DNA of 64,000 bases. It comes from Gammaproteobacteria bacterium. GTDB lineage: Bacteria; Pseudomonadota; Gammaproteobacteria; Ga0077536. The notes beneath the pieces were generated by a model that made no database searches, was not told the origin of the DNA, and worked only from the letters and a program-made list of their open reading frames with translations. A program made the position numbers and the translations under genes. Location: positions 448,001 through 512,000 of the forward strand of contig CAXXLL010000003.1 of NCBI GenBank assembly GCA_963662545.2, read 5' to 3'. Shown here piece by piece: positions 1 to 11,168 of the stretch (position 1 is its first letter; each line of letters begins with the position of its first letter).

Positions 1-54
1 CTAATGTGGATACGCGCGCGCGGTGCGGGGCAATCAATCTAAAGGTAATGGCTC

Positions 55-597
55 ATGACTGAATTCATTCCAAGGAACGGCCTTCGACCGGGAATAATTC
101 TCACGGCTTGTGTTATCGCGATGCTGGCCGGCGGCACATACGCCGGTACGTTCTCAGCGAAAGTCTTGCTCGGCGTCGATCGGCTTTACGTCGCCGTGGA
201 CGGCATTCCCGCGAAATTCGAACGTAACGGCCTGACCGCCGGAGAACTCCGCAAGCGAACCGAGGACCGTTTGTCAGCCTACGGCATCAAGATCGTCAGC
301 GAAGCCGTCGCCGTCAAGGACAATCAAGCGGCTCAATTGCTCATCAAATTGAATGCGAACGAAGACGCCTCAGCGTTAGTATTCTACCGGGTCTCCGTGC
401 AGCTCAAACGCAAGCTGCCACTCGACGCGACGGGACAGAGCTTTATTTCGGAGACGGTCTGGTCGGATGGGCGCAGCGGCGTCATCGATCCCTTCAATCT
501 CGAGAACGTCTACGGCTACGTCGGCGAGATCCTGGAGAAGTTCATCGCCGAGCACGGCCGGCACAATGTCCCGTCACGGGCAGCGCTCACCCCTTAA
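55..597 (+). CDS. hypothetical exported protein
   Basis: 180-aa ORF with a hydrophobic N-terminal signal-like segment; no recognisable family motif. Confidence 0.6.
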   Translation: MTEFIPRNGLRPGIILTACVIAMLAGGTYAGTFSAKVLLGVDRLYVAVDGIPAKFERNGLTAGELRKRTEDRLSAYGIKIVSEAVAVKDNQAAQLLIKLNANEDASALVFYRVSVQLKRKLPLDATGQSFISETVWSDGRSGVIDPFNLENVYGYVGEILEKFIAEHGRHNVPSRAALTP

Positions 598-630
598 TCG
601 TTTAGCGCGCGAATCGTCACGCCGCCTCGC

Positions 631-2913
631 TTAAGCCTTAGACACCTGGGCGTCGACCACAGCGAGCGCACTCATGTTCAAAATGCGGCGTACGCTCGCG
701 GTCGGTGTCAGGATATGCGCCGCATGGCGACAGCCGAGCAGGATGGGACCGACGGCCACGCCTTCGCCGAGTACTGTGAGGAGATTCAGCGCGATGTTGG
801 CAGCGTCTATGGTCGGCATGACCAGGAGGTTGGCCTGGCCTTTAAGCGTTGAGTGCGCTCGCGCCGCGTCCCGGATCGCCGGGACGAGCGCCGCGTCCGC
901 CTGCATCTCGCCGTCGATCTCGAGATCCGGAACCTGCCGGCGGATGAGATCGAGGGCTTCACGCATCTTGCGCGAGGTGTCGGTGTCGGTAGTACCGAAA
1001 TTGGAATGCGATAGCAGCGCCGCCTTGGGTACGAGGCCGAAGCGTTTAACCTGCTCAGCGGCGAGTGCCGTCATGCTCGCAATCTGCCCCGCGGAGGGTT
1101 CGGGGTGCACGTAGGCGTCGCACACAAAATACGTGCCCTTGCGCAGAATCAGCACGTTCATGGCTGCCATATCGCTCACACCATCGCGGGTGCCGAGCAG
1201 GTTCTGCACGTGCATGAGATGGTCGTGGTACACGCCGACCATCCCGCACACCATGGCGTCAGCCTCTCCTTTACGCACCAGCAGAGCCGCGATGACCGTG
1301 GTATTCGAACGGAGCTGCTCCTTGGCGTCTTCGAGTGAAATGCCGTCGCGACCCATGATCTCATGATAGAAAGCCGCGTGTTCGTCGAAACCGTTTTCGA
1401 TCTCGGTGTTGATGACTTCGAAATCCTCTCCTGCACGGATCCGGAGACCGAGCTTGCCGATTTGCTTTTCGATAACGCGGAGTCGTCCGATCAGCATCGG
1501 AATCGCGATGCCGTCGTCGACGACCGACTGGACCGCACGCAATACCGTCGGCGCCTCGCCGTCGGCGTAAACGAGCCGCTTGCGGTCTTGCTTGGCCTGG
1601 TCGTATAGCGGACGCATCAAGAGCACCGACTGAAACACGAACTTCGAGAGTTGATCGCGGTAGGCCGTGAAATCCTCGATCGGCCGCGTGGCCACCCCGC
1701 TCTTCATCGCGGCCGCGGCAACGGCCGGAGCGATTTCGGTGATCAATCGCGGATCGAAGGGATTGGGACTCAGGTATTCCGGGCCGAATTCGAGTGCGTC
1801 GCGGCCGTAAGCGGCGAGGACGATGTCGGATGCCTCCTGCAGGGTCAGCCTGGCCAGCGCGTGCACGCAGGCGAGCTTCATTTCCTCGTTTATGGTGGTA
1901 GCGCCGACGTCCAGCGCGCCGCGAAAGAGGTACGGAAAGCAGAGTACATTGTTGACCTGGTTGGGATAATCCGAGCGGCCGGTGGCAATGATCGCGTCAG
2001 CCCGCGCCGCGCGCGCCTCTTCCGGCAGAATTTCCGGCGTAGGGTTGGCCAGCGCCAGGATCAACGGTTGTTCGGCCATCGTTTTGATCATGTCGCCGGT
2101 CAGCACCCCGGGACCCGATACGCCGAGAAAAATATCCGCCCCGGCGATCGCATCGGCCAGGCTGCGGTGCTCAGTCTTGCGTGCAAAGAATGCCTTGTGC
2201 TCGTTCATGTGCTCGACGCGGCCTTCGTAGATCACGCCGCTGCGGTCAGTCACGAGGATGTTGTCGCGCCGCATACCGAGGGAATCGAGTAGACGCAAGC
2301 AGGCGATAGAGGCGGCGCCCGCGCCGGAGGCGACGAGCTTCACCTCGTCGATATTTTTTCCGACGAGTTTGAGCGCGTTGATGATCGCGGCCGCGGCGAT
2401 GATCGCGGTGCCGTGCTGGTCGTCGTGAAAGACCGGGATCTGTACACGGTCTTTAAGCTTCTGCTCGACGAAGAAGCACTCCGGTGCCTTGATGTCCTCG
2501 AGATTTATCCCGCCGAACGTCGGCTCCAGACTCGCGATGATCTCGACCAGCTTATCGGGATCCGATTCGTTGATCTCGATGTCGAAGACGTCGATACCGG
2601 CGAATTTCTTGAACAGGACGGCCTTGCCTTCCATCACAGGCTTCGCCGCCAAGGGGCCAATGTTGCCAAGGCCAAGCACGGCGGAACCGTTGGTGATCAC
2701 CGCGACGAGGTTGCCGCGGGCGGTATAGAGGGGGGCAGTGCCGGGATCCTCGACAATACGCTCGCACGGCACGGCGACGCCCGGCGAATAAGCGAGCGCA
2801 AGATCATTCTGATTAGCAAGCGGTTTGATCGGCGTGATCTCGATCTTGCCCGGCCTCGGCGTCGTGTGATACTCGAGCGCGCGCGCCTCGAGGTCATCGA
2901 TTTTACGGCTCAC
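631..2913 (-). CDS. maeB: NADP-dependent malic enzyme with C-terminal phosphotransacetylase-like domain
   Basis: [44 protein letters not shown] and a C-terminal PTA-like EIDGEMQAD; start placed at the GTG at 2913 to avoid overlapping ffh. Confidence 0.95.
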   Translation of the reverse strand: MSRKIDDLEARALEYHTTPRPGKIEITPIKPLANQNDLALAYSPGVAVPCERIVEDPGTAPLYTARGNLVAVITNGSAVLGLGNIGPLAAKPVMEGKAVLFKKFAGIDVFDIEINESDPDKLVEIIASLEPTFGGINLEDIKAPECFFVEQKLKDRVQIPVFHDDQHGTAIIAAAAIINALKLVGKNIDEVKLVASGAGAASIACLRLLDSLGMRRDNILVTDRSGVIYEGRVEHMNEHKAFFARKTEHRSLADAIAGADIFLGVSGPGVLTGDMIKTMAEQPLILALANPTPEILPEEARAARADAIIATGRSDYPNQVNNVLCFPYLFRGALDVGATTINEEMKLACVHALARLTLQEASDIVLAAYGRDALEFGPEYLSPNPFDPRLITEIAPAVAAAAMKSGVATRPIEDFTAYRDQLSKFVFQSVLLMRPLYDQAKQDRKRLVYADGEAPTVLRAVQSVVDDGIAIPMLIGRLRVIEKQIGKLGLRIRAGEDFEVINTEIENGFDEHAAFYHEIMGRDGISLEDAKEQLRSNTTVIAALLVRKGEADAMVCGMVGVYHDHLMHVQNLLGTRDGVSDMAAMNVLILRKGTYFVCDAYVHPEPSAGQIASMTALAAEQVKRFGLVPKAALLSHSNFGTTDTDTSRKMREALDLIRRQVPDLEIDGEMQADAALVPAIRDAARAHSTLKGQANLLVMPTIDAANIALNLLTVLGEGVAVGPILLGCRHAAHILTPTASVRRILNMSALAVVDAQVSKA

Positions 2914-2932
2914 GATTGATTTTGAGCCAGGC

Positions 2933-4297
2933 TCATTGCACCGGGAATCCTCGTGGAAGCTGCCCGCGCATACCACGCATGAGATTCTTCATGCCGCCTT
3001 TCTTGGACATCTTCTTGATCATCTTCTGCATCTGGTTGAACTGTTTGAGCAGCCTGTTCACGTCCTGCACCTGCGTTCCCGAGCCATTGGCGATGCGTTT
3101 CTTGCGCGAGCCCTTGACCACCGCGGGAAACTGCCGTTCGCGCGGCGTCATGGAATCGATAATCGCCGCGAGCTTCATAAACTCGCGATCATTAACTTTG
3201 TTGCGCACGGTATCCGGTAAATCGGCCATGCCGGGCAGTTTACCGAGGAGCGTCGACATCCCACCCAAGCTGTTCATCTGGTCGAGTTGATCACGAAAAT
3301 CCTGCAGGTCGAATCCCTTGCCCTTTCTGAGCTTTTCGGCGACCTTCAGCGCCTTATCGTGATCGACCTTCTGTTCGACCTCTTCGATCAGAGAAAGCAC
3401 GTCGCCCATGCCAAGAATACGGGAGGCGATCCGGTCGGGGTGAAACGGTTCGAGCGCGTCGCTCTTTTCGCCCGTGCCGAGGTATTTGATGGGCTTGCCG
3501 GTCACGCGGCGTACAGATAGAGCAGCGCCGCCGCGGGCGTCGCCGTCCGTCTTGGTGAGCACAACCCCGGTCAGTGGCAGCGCCGCGTCAAATGCGCGCG
3601 CGGTCGCCACGGCGTCCTGACCCATCATGGCGTCGATCACAAAGAGTGTTTCATGCGGCTGTACCGCGCCGTGGATGCGCCGGATCTCATCCATCATCTC
3701 CTGATCGATGGCAAGCCGCCCCGCGGTGTCAACGATCAACACCTGATCGAATGCCTTGCGCGCTGCATCGACCGCAGCGCGTGCTATCGCCTCCGCCGGC
3801 TGGGCAGTGTCGCTCGGATAACAGTTCGCGCCGACCTCCCGGGCCAGGATGGCGAGTTGCTCGATCGCGGCCGGCCGGTGCACGTCGCAGCTCACGAGAC
3901 CGACTTGCTTGTTGTCCTGTTCGATCAGGCGACGCGCGAGCTTGGCCGCGGTGGTCGTCTTGCCGGAGCCCTGCAGACCCGCCATCAGGATGACGACTGG
4001 CGGTTGCGCAGCGAGATCGAGACCCGCGTTCTCCACTCCCATGAGCGTAGTCAACTCATCCCGCACGACGCCGATGAAGGCCTGTCCGGGCGTCAGATTA
4101 CCGATCACTTCCTGACCGATCGCGCGTTCGCGCACCGCCGCCAGGAATTCCTTGACGACTTCGAGTCCCACGTCAGCTTCAAGCAGCGCGATGCGGACCT
4201 CACGCAGCGTTTCGTCGATATTGGTTTCGGTCAGCCGCGCGCGGCCGCCCAGCTTTTTAACGACCAGACTCAGGCGCTCGGTAAGATTCTTGAACAT
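2933..4297 (-). CDS. ffh: signal recognition particle protein Ffh
   Basis: GLQGSGKTT, DTAGR, TKTDGDARGG and a Met-rich M domain. Confidence 0.98.
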   Translation of the reverse strand: MFKNLTERLSLVVKKLGGRARLTETNIDETLREVRIALLEADVGLEVVKEFLAAVRERAIGQEVIGNLTPGQAFIGVVRDELTTLMGVENAGLDLAAQPPVVILMAGLQGSGKTTTAAKLARRLIEQDNKQVGLVSCDVHRPAAIEQLAILAREVGANCYPSDTAQPAEAIARAAVDAARKAFDQVLIVDTAGRLAIDQEMMDEIRRIHGAVQPHETLFVIDAMMGQDAVATARAFDAALPLTGVVLTKTDGDARGGAALSVRRVTGKPIKYLGTGEKSDALEPFHPDRIASRILGMGDVLSLIEEVEQKVDHDKALKVAEKLRKGKGFDLQDFRDQLDQMNSLGGMSTLLGKLPGMADLPDTVRNKVNDREFMKLAAIIDSMTPRERQFPAVVKGSRKKRIANGSGTQVQDVNRLLKQFNQMQKMIKKMSKKGGMKNLMRGMRGQLPRGFPVQ

Positions 4298-4404
4298 CAG
4301 TCAGGTGCTTGAATATCGAGGAAAAACGGAAGCCGGGACGCGGCGGCATGCTTCATTACGCTCAGCAATTATGCCATGATTGAATAACGATTGGCTCTTA
4401 TCGA

Positions 4405-5211
4405 TTGCCCATGAACGTAATCTATTTCGGGCTCGCCGCAATCGCCTTGTACATTACCGTTGCGGTACAGACGTCCGAAATCGCGCGCTCGTCCACCAGC
4501 GGCCCGACGCTTAGATCTCCGACCGGCCTGCTCGCCCTGCTCGCGGTAGGAGCGCATGCGTTCGTGCTCTACCCGACCACGGTCACCAGTGCGGGAATCA
4601 ACCTCGGCATTTTCAATGCCGCCTCGCTGGTGGCGTGGATCGTCGCGGTCGTCGTGATCCTGTCGACCTGGCGACGGCCGCTGCACAGCCTGGGCATGGT
4701 CATATTGCCCTTCGCCGCTCTGATCCTCGGACTTTCGCTCGTCTTTTCACACGAGCGCCTGTTGCCGGCGGCGTCGCCCGGCATTGCAATGCACGTCGCC
4801 CTGTCGGTACTGGCCTACAGCCTGTTCTCCATCGCCGCGCTACAGGCTGTTTACCTCGCGTTCGCCGAGCATCGCCTTAAAAGCCATGAACCCCTCCTCG
4901 GTTTCCTGCCGCCGCTTACAACCATGGAGCAGTTGATGTTCGAGTTGACCGGCGTCGCCTTTCTTATGCTGAGCGCCGGGCTCGCAATCGGCGGCTTCTA
5001 CATCGAGGACGTCCGTGGGCAGCACCTCACCCACAAGATTTTCTTCTCCGCTCTAGCGTGGGTGGTATTCGCCGTACTCCTGGTGGGCCGACATTACTGG
5101 CAATGGCGCGGGCGCCGCGCGGTAAAGTACGTGATCGCCGGATTTGTGCTGCTCGCGATCGGATTCTTCGGTTCGAAGATCGCGCTCGAACTGATACTGC
5201 ACCGCGCTTAA
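4405..5211 (+). CDS. ypjD: CcsA/YpjD-family cytochrome c assembly inner-membrane protein
   Basis: about 8 TM segments, LPPL..ME and HK..FS motifs; conserved position divergent from ffh. Confidence 0.85.
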   Translation: MPMNVIYFGLAAIALYITVAVQTSEIARSSTSGPTLRSPTGLLALLAVGAHAFVLYPTTVTSAGINLGIFNAASLVAWIVAVVVILSTWRRPLHSLGMVILPFAALILGLSLVFSHERLLPAASPGIAMHVALSVLAYSLFSIAALQAVYLAFAEHRLKSHEPLLGFLPPLTTMEQLMFELTGVAFLMLSAGLAIGGFYIEDVRGQHLTHKIFFSALAWVVFAVLLVGRHYWQWRGRRAVKYVIAGFVLLAIGFFGSKIALELILHRA

Positions 5212-5265
5212 GGATAATTCATAGGTTCGTTCTAAAGTCCGTAGTTCCCATATGCCGTCGCTATG

Positions 5266-5356
5266 AACCACAGAGATCACAGAGAAAGCCATTATCTTGT
5301 GACCTGTAAACGGTCTTTTTCTCCCTTTCTCTGTGTGCTCTGTGATCTCTGTGGTT
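5266..5356. repeat. CACAGAG-type palindromic intergenic element
   Basis: AACCACAGAGATCACAGAGAAAG ... CTTTCTCTGTGTGCTCTGTGATCTCTGTGGTT inverted arms built from 9-bp units. Confidence 0.7.
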
Positions 5357-5432
5357 TTATCGTGCCGCTCCCTAACACGTCTGCGTATCAGTTCAACTCC
5401 TAAGATCCTACCTATGAAGGTTAACTAGAGCC

Positions 5433-6746
5433 TTGACGGACGTCTCCCTGATTACCCTGGTCGCGACATTGATCGGACTCATCGTCGCGTCGGCGTATTT
5501 TTCGAGTTCCGAGACCGCCATGATGGCGCTCAACCGCTATCGTCTCCGGCACTTGGCCGAGCAAAAGCATCGCGGTGCGCGACGCGCTCACGATTTGCTG
5601 CGCAGGCCCGATCGGTTGATCGGCCTCATTCTGCTTGGCAACAATTTCGTCAATATCCTCGCCGCACAAATCGTCACCGTGCTGACCTTACGCTTTGTCG
5701 GTGAAGGCAGCTTAATCGTATCGGGCCTGATTCTAACCGTGGTCATTCTCGTCTTCGCCGAAGTCGTGCCGAAAACCCTGGCCGCAGTCTATCCCGAACG
5801 CATCGCGTTTCCATCGTCCTATCTATTGAGAATACTGCTGATCGTTTTCTATCCGCTGGTGTGGGTGCTCAATCGCCTTTCGAACAGTATCCTGGCTTTG
5901 TTCGGCGTCAAACATCTCGAACGTTCCGAGGACCCCCTAAGCCGCGAGGAATTGCGCACCGTGGTAAAGGAGGCGGGCGCGATGATCCCGCAGAAGCACC
6001 GCCAGATGCTGTTCGGCATTCTCGATCTGGAAAACGCCACCGTTGAAGACATCATGGTGCCGCGTAATGAGATCTACGGCATCGATGTTGAAGACGAATG
6101 GGCCGACGTGCTCGACCAATTGATGTCCTGCCGCCACACCCGCGTACCGTGTTATGCGGGCAGTCTCGACCAGGTAGAGGGAATGCTGCATCTGCGCAAG
6201 GTGGCGAAGCTGGTATGTTCAGGGGACGAATTCGGGATCGAGAATATGCGCAAGCTATTGACTGAACCCTATTTCGTACCGCTCATGACCGACCTCTATG
6301 TGCAGCTGCTCAATTTTCAAAAACGCAGAGAGCGTATCGCCTTCGTCGTGAATGAGTATGGCGACATCGAGGGCCTGGTAACGCTAGAAGATCTGCTCGA
6401 AGAAGTGATCGGTGAATTCACCACCCATCCACAGTCCTATGCGCGCGATGTATATCCGCAGGAGGACGGCAGCTTTCTCGTCGACGGCAGTGCCAACATT
6501 CGCGAGATAAACCGCAGCTTTAATTTCGGTTTACCAACCGACGGCCCGAAGACGTTTAATGGGCTCATACTCGAAACCCTGGAAGACATTCCAGTGACGG
6601 GAACGACCTTCAGGCTGGGCAACATGACCATTGAGATTCTGCAGACCCACGAACAAGCGGTTAAGACGGCGCGTATAACCATCATCCCCGATCCCGGTTC
6701 GACCGGCGACGAACAAACCGGTGATGCGTCCGGCCGGCCGAACTGA
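5433..6746 (+). CDS. HlyC/CorC (CNNM/DUF21-CBS-CorC) family transporter, YfjD-like
   Basis: SAYFSSSETA, ILLGNNFVN, EVVPKTLA, CBS pair and NEYGDIEGLVTLEDLLEE. Confidence 0.92.
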   Translation: MTDVSLITLVATLIGLIVASAYFSSSETAMMALNRYRLRHLAEQKHRGARRAHDLLRRPDRLIGLILLGNNFVNILAAQIVTVLTLRFVGEGSLIVSGLILTVVILVFAEVVPKTLAAVYPERIAFPSSYLLRILLIVFYPLVWVLNRLSNSILALFGVKHLERSEDPLSREELRTVVKEAGAMIPQKHRQMLFGILDLENATVEDIMVPRNEIYGIDVEDEWADVLDQLMSCRHTRVPCYAGSLDQVEGMLHLRKVAKLVCSGDEFGIENMRKLLTEPYFVPLMTDLYVQLLNFQKRRERIAFVVNEYGDIEGLVTLEDLLEEVIGEFTTHPQSYARDVYPQEDGSFLVDGSANIREINRSFNFGLPTDGPKTFNGLILETLEDIPVTGTTFRLGNMTIEILQTHEQAVKTARITIIPDPGSTGDEQTGDASGRPN

Positions 6747-6763
6747 TCCCCCCGACGCGCTTT

Positions 6764-8122
6764 TCAAACAACTTGGAGAGCGTCTGCCAGGCGTGAAACC
6801 ACGGTCAGATCCATCCCCATGGGCGGGTGCTTAGGCGCGTTGCCCTGCGGCACCAGGGCACGGCGAAAGCCATGTTTGGCCGCTTCGCGAAGGCGCTCGG
6901 GGCCACCCTGTACCGGACGGATCTCCCCGGCCAGGCCGATTTCTCCGAAGGCGACGAGATCGTTGGCGAGCGGTCGATCCCTGAGACTCGACAACACCGC
7001 GAGCAGGACGGCGAGATCGGCGCCCGTCTCGGTCACCCGCACCCCACCAACGATGTTGGCGAATACGTCGTAGCCCGCGGTAGACACCCCGCCGTGCCGG
7101 TTGAGCACCGCCAGGAGCATGGACAGTCGATTGGGATCCAGACCCACGGTCACACGGCGCGGATTGGTGAGCTGGCTGTCGTCGACCAGGGCTTGCACCT
7201 CGACCAACAGCGGGCGCGTGCCTTCGCGGGTAACCATGGTGACGCTGCCGGGTACCGGGGTCTCATGGCGCGACAACAGGATGGCACTGGGATTCGATAT
7301 CTCTTGCAAGCCCGCGTCGGTCATCTGGAACACGCCCAGTTCGTTGATCGCACCGAAACGGTTCTTCATGGCGCGGATCATGCGGTGGCGTCCGCCCGAA
7401 TCGCCTTCGAAGTACAAGGTCGCGTCGACCATGTGTTCGAGCACGCGCGGACCGGCGATGGATCCATCCTTGGTCACGTGCCCGACGAGATAAAGGGCCG
7501 TTCCCGTACTTTTGGCGAAGCTGACCAGGCGGCTCGCACACTCGCGTACCTGGGCGACGCTGCCGGGCGGCGATTGCAACTCGTCGCAATATACCGATTG
7601 AATCGAATCGATCACGACCAGCGCCGGCCGCTCCCTCGCCGTCTCGGCGAGGATGCGATCCACGTCGGTTTCGGCCAGTACTTTTAGATCCGCCAACGGC
7701 AGTTTCAGTCGTTCCGCCCGTAGCGCGATTTGCGCAGTCGACTCTTCGCCGCTGACGAATAGCGAATCGACGCCGTTGATCAATTTCGATGACGCCAGGC
7801 TCTGCAACAAGAGCGTGGTCTTGCCAATTCCGGGATCACCGCCGAGCAGCACCACGGAACCCGCGACGAGACCGCCGCCCAAAACGCGATCGAGTTCACC
7901 GATGCCGGTCGCAAGCCTCGGCTGTTCCTCGGGGGCGACCTCCGCCAGGGTGTGGACCGTCGGAGCGGCGCCCGCTGACGGTGTGAAGCGGGCGCGTCGC
8001 CCGCCGCCGGTGACGATGGTCTCTACAATCGTATTCCACTCGCTGCATTCTGCGCATTGTCCCGACCATTTGCTGAACACGGCGCCGCAGTTCTGGCACT
8101 GAAATTGCTTTTTCTGCTTCAA
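6764..8122 (-). CDS. radA: DNA repair protein RadA
   Basis: C4 zinc finger CQNCG...CAEC, GDPGIGKTT, KNRFG; TTG start at 8122 overlaps the alr stop. Confidence 0.97.
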   Translation of the reverse strand: MKQKKQFQCQNCGAVFSKWSGQCAECSEWNTIVETIVTGGGRRARFTPSAGAAPTVHTLAEVAPEEQPRLATGIGELDRVLGGGLVAGSVVLLGGDPGIGKTTLLLQSLASSKLINGVDSLFVSGEESTAQIALRAERLKLPLADLKVLAETDVDRILAETARERPALVVIDSIQSVYCDELQSPPGSVAQVRECASRLVSFAKSTGTALYLVGHVTKDGSIAGPRVLEHMVDATLYFEGDSGGRHRMIRAMKNRFGAINELGVFQMTDAGLQEISNPSAILLSRHETPVPGSVTMVTREGTRPLLVEVQALVDDSQLTNPRRVTVGLDPNRLSMLLAVLNRHGGVSTAGYDVFANIVGGVRVTETGADLAVLLAVLSSLRDRPLANDLVAFGEIGLAGEIRPVQGGPERLREAAKHGFRRALVPQGNAPKHPPMGMDLTVVSRLADALQVV

Positions 8123-9186
8123 GGCGTCCCTTCCTCGTAGTACGCGCGCATTTTGACGCGGCATAAGAGTTCGTAGGGGATCGTTCCCGATGCGCGCGCC
8201 ACATCCTCGATCGGCAGGCCCACGCCCCAGAGTGTCACGATATCACCAAACTTCGCCTGCTCTATGCGGCGCAGATCGACCGTCATCATGTCCATCGAAG
8301 CTTGCCCTATGATCTGCGTGCGCACGCCGTTGACCAGGACCGGGGTGCCCGTTTTTGCATTTCGCGGATAGCCGTCGCCGTATCCGCAAGCAACGACGCC
8401 GACCGGCATGTCCTCGGGGCACACGAAGCTACCGCCGTAGCCGACTGCCTCCCCGGCGCGGACGGTCCGCACCGAGATGAGACACGAGCGCAAGCTCATC
8501 ACGGGCCTGAGCCCGAGCGCCGCGCCGGTTTCGCCCTTAAACGGCGATACCCCGTAGAGCATCAATCCGGGACGTATCCAATCGCCGTGCGACTCCGGGC
8601 GGCTCATGATCGCCGCCGAGTTTGCGAGGCTGCGCTCCCCCGGCCGGTCTGCCAGGATCCGCTTGAAACAAGCGATCTGATCGTCAACGCTGGCATCACC
8701 GCGCACGTGCGCACTCGCTAAGTGGGTCATGAACCGCAGGGGATTCGCCACACCGCGCGCGAGCCCCACGGTCTCATGCAATCCTTCCGGCGCGAAACCA
8801 AGCCGGTGCATGCCGGTGTCGATCTTGAGCCACAGGGGCAAGGGACGCGAAAGCGTCTCAAGCATGTGCAACTGCTCGACCGTGTGGACCACCACCTCGA
8901 GCCCGAGTTCGACGATCGTCGGGACTTCAGCCGCTTCGAAAGGACCTTCCAGGAGCACGATCGGTTTGGTGATCTCCGCGTCCTTGAGGCTGACCGCTTC
9001 CTCGAGCGACGCCACGGCAAAGGCGTCGGCGTCGTCAAGCGCGCGCGCCATGCGGCAGATACCGTGACCGTAAGCATCCGCCTTGAGCACCGCCATCACA
9101 CGGCACGACGGCGCGGCACGGCGCGCAAGGGAAAGGTTATGGGCTGCGGCTCGCGGGTCGATGATCACCCGCGCAGGTCGCGTCAT
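8119..9186 (-). CDS. alr: alanine racemase
   Basis: AVLKADAYGHG, KIDTGMHRLG, GYGDG and SMDM motifs. Confidence 0.97.
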   Translation of the reverse strand: MTRPARVIIDPRAAAHNLSLARRAAPSCRVMAVLKADAYGHGICRMARALDDADAFAVASLEEAVSLKDAEITKPIVLLEGPFEAAEVPTIVELGLEVVVHTVEQLHMLETLSRPLPLWLKIDTGMHRLGFAPEGLHETVGLARGVANPLRFMTHLASAHVRGDASVDDQIACFKRILADRPGERSLANSAAIMSRPESHGDWIRPGLMLYGVSPFKGETGAALGLRPVMSLRSCLISVRTVRAGEAVGYGGSFVCPEDMPVGVVACGYGDGYPRNAKTGTPVLVNGVRTQIIGQASMDMMTVDLRRIEQAKFGDIVTLWGVGLPIEDVARASGTIPYELLCRVKMRAYYEEGTP

Positions 9187-10589
9187 TCGGTGCCCTCGTT
9201 CGAGGCGTAGTAATCGTGCGCCAGATTTTCGAACGTGGTGTATTCGCCGAAGAAGCGCAGCTTGCGCATGCCGACGGGGCCGTTACGCTGCTTTCCGATA
9301 TTAATCTCGGCGATGCCCTTGTCCATGCTGTCTTCGTTGTACACCTCGTCACGATAGATGAACATGATGACGTCGGCGTCTTGCTCGATAGCACCGGACT
9401 CGCGGAGATCGAACATCTGTGGCCGCTTGTCCGTGCGTGACTCGAGGCTGCGGTTCAACTGGGACAAGGCGAGCACCGGGCATTGGAGTTCCTTGGCCAG
9501 GGCCTTGAGCGAACGCGAAATCTCCGAGATCTCGGTCGCGCGGTTTTCCTTCGTGCCCGGCACGTGCATGAGCTGCAGGTAATCCACCACAACCAGTCCG
9601 AGACCATGCTCGCGAGACAGGCGGCGACAGCGCGCGCGCAGATCACCGGGGGTGAGCGCGGGTGTATCGTCGATAAACATCTTCACTTCGGACAACATGC
9701 CGACCGCCGCCGTCAGCCGCGGCCAGTCGTCGTCGCTGAGCCGCCCGGTCCGGACCTTGTGCTGGTCGATGCGTCCGAGCGAAGACATCATGCGCATGGC
9801 GAGTTGATCGCTCGCCATTTCCATGCTGAATATGGCGACGGTCAGCTCCTCCTTGATAGCGGCGTGCTGCGCGATATTCACCGCCAATGCGGTTTTTCCC
9901 ATCGACGGCCGCCCGGCGATGATGATGAGATCCGATTTCTGCAGGCCGGAGGTCATGTTGTCCAGCTCGTAATAGCCGGTCGCGACCCCGGTCAGCGGAT
10001 TGTCGCGATGAAACAATTGATCGATGCGATCGAGGGCGTCGACCAGCAATTCCTTGATCGGGCGGAAACCACGCCGCCCACGCGCCTCGCGCTCGGCGAT
10101 TTCGAAAACCAGGCCCTCAGCGTCGTCGAGCAACTCGTCCGGGCTGCGACCCTCGGTACGGAAAGCGCTGTCGGTGATCTGCGTTCCCGCGCTGATCAGC
10201 TCACGCAGTATCGAGCGCTGGCGCACAATATCGGCGTAAGCGGCTATATTCGCGGCGCTCGGGGTATTTTCGGCAAGTTGCGCGAGGTAACTCATGCCGC
10301 CGACGTCGTCGAGCTGCTCGTTGCTGTCCAGCCATTCGGACAGGGTTACGACGTCGAACGGCTTGTTGTCGTTCGCGAGTAACTCGAGTGCGCGGTAGAT
10401 CGCGCCGTGGTCCCGCCGGTAGAAATCGTCGGTAGTGATGCGCTCGGTGACGTCGGTCCAGGCGTCGTTATCCAGCATCAGGCCGCCGAGTACGGACTGC
10501 TCCGCCTCGACGGAATGGGGCGGAACCTTGAGCGCCTCCGTCGCGACGTCTGCCGCGGGTCGCGCTGTGGCTGCGCGCTCTATGGCCAC
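9183..10589 (-). CDS. dnaB: replicative DNA helicase
   Basis: PPHSVEAEQSVLG, GRPSMGKT, DLRESGAIEQDAD; no intein. Confidence 0.98.
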   Translation of the reverse strand: MAIERAATARPAADVATEALKVPPHSVEAEQSVLGGLMLDNDAWTDVTERITTDDFYRRDHGAIYRALELLANDNKPFDVVTLSEWLDSNEQLDDVGGMSYLAQLAENTPSAANIAAYADIVRQRSILRELISAGTQITDSAFRTEGRSPDELLDDAEGLVFEIAEREARGRRGFRPIKELLVDALDRIDQLFHRDNPLTGVATGYYELDNMTSGLQKSDLIIIAGRPSMGKTALAVNIAQHAAIKEELTVAIFSMEMASDQLAMRMMSSLGRIDQHKVRTGRLSDDDWPRLTAAVGMLSEVKMFIDDTPALTPGDLRARCRRLSREHGLGLVVVDYLQLMHVPGTKENRATEISEISRSLKALAKELQCPVLALSQLNRSLESRTDKRPQMFDLRESGAIEQDADVIMFIYRDEVYNEDSMDKGIAEINIGKQRNGPVGMRKLRFFGEYTTFENLAHDYYASNEGTE

Positions 10590-10650
10590 TCGATCGGCTC
10601 AGCGTGCGCCGACAAGTGCTCCGGAACGGCGCCGAGGGTGACCGCCGCCA

Positions 10651-11115
10651 TCACGCTGCGGATCCGCCTTCGTCCGGAATGACTTTGACCTTGATGGTGA
10701 TCGTGATGTCGGCGTTGAGATGCACCTCGATATCGTAATCGCCGATCTCCCGCAAAGGCCCTTCCGGCAGACGAATTTCACGCTTCTCGACTTCCGCGCC
10801 AGATGCATTCGCCGCATCGGCAATGTCCGCGGTGCCGACCGAACCGAACAGCTTGCCCTCCGAGCCGGCGTTCGCCGTGATGGTAATTTCCATGTCGCGC
10901 AGTTTCTCCGCGCGGGCATCGGCACGGGAGTAGGCATCGGCTTGGACACTTTCGAGTTCGGCGCGCTGTTCTTCGAATCGCGCGAGATTCTCAGCCGTCG
11001 CCGGCACCGCTTTGTGTTTAGGAATGAGAAAATTGCGCCCGTATCCGGGCCGCACGGTGACCTTGTCACCAAGCTCGCCCAGCTTTTGAATTTTCTCGAG
11101 TAGGATCACTTCCAT
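10651..11115 (-). CDS. rplI: 50S ribosomal protein L9
   Basis: MEVILLEK...GYGRNFLIP and GKLFGSV. Confidence 0.98.
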   Translation of the reverse strand: MEVILLEKIQKLGELGDKVTVRPGYGRNFLIPKHKAVPATAENLARFEEQRAELESVQADAYSRADARAEKLRDMEITITANAGSEGKLFGSVGTADIADAANASGAEVEKREIRLPEGPLREIGDYDIEVHLNADITITIKVKVIPDEGGSAA

Positions 11116-11168
11116 CGGATGGTCCTCAAGCTTCGTAGATCGCTAGAAAATAATTACCAACACCACTT

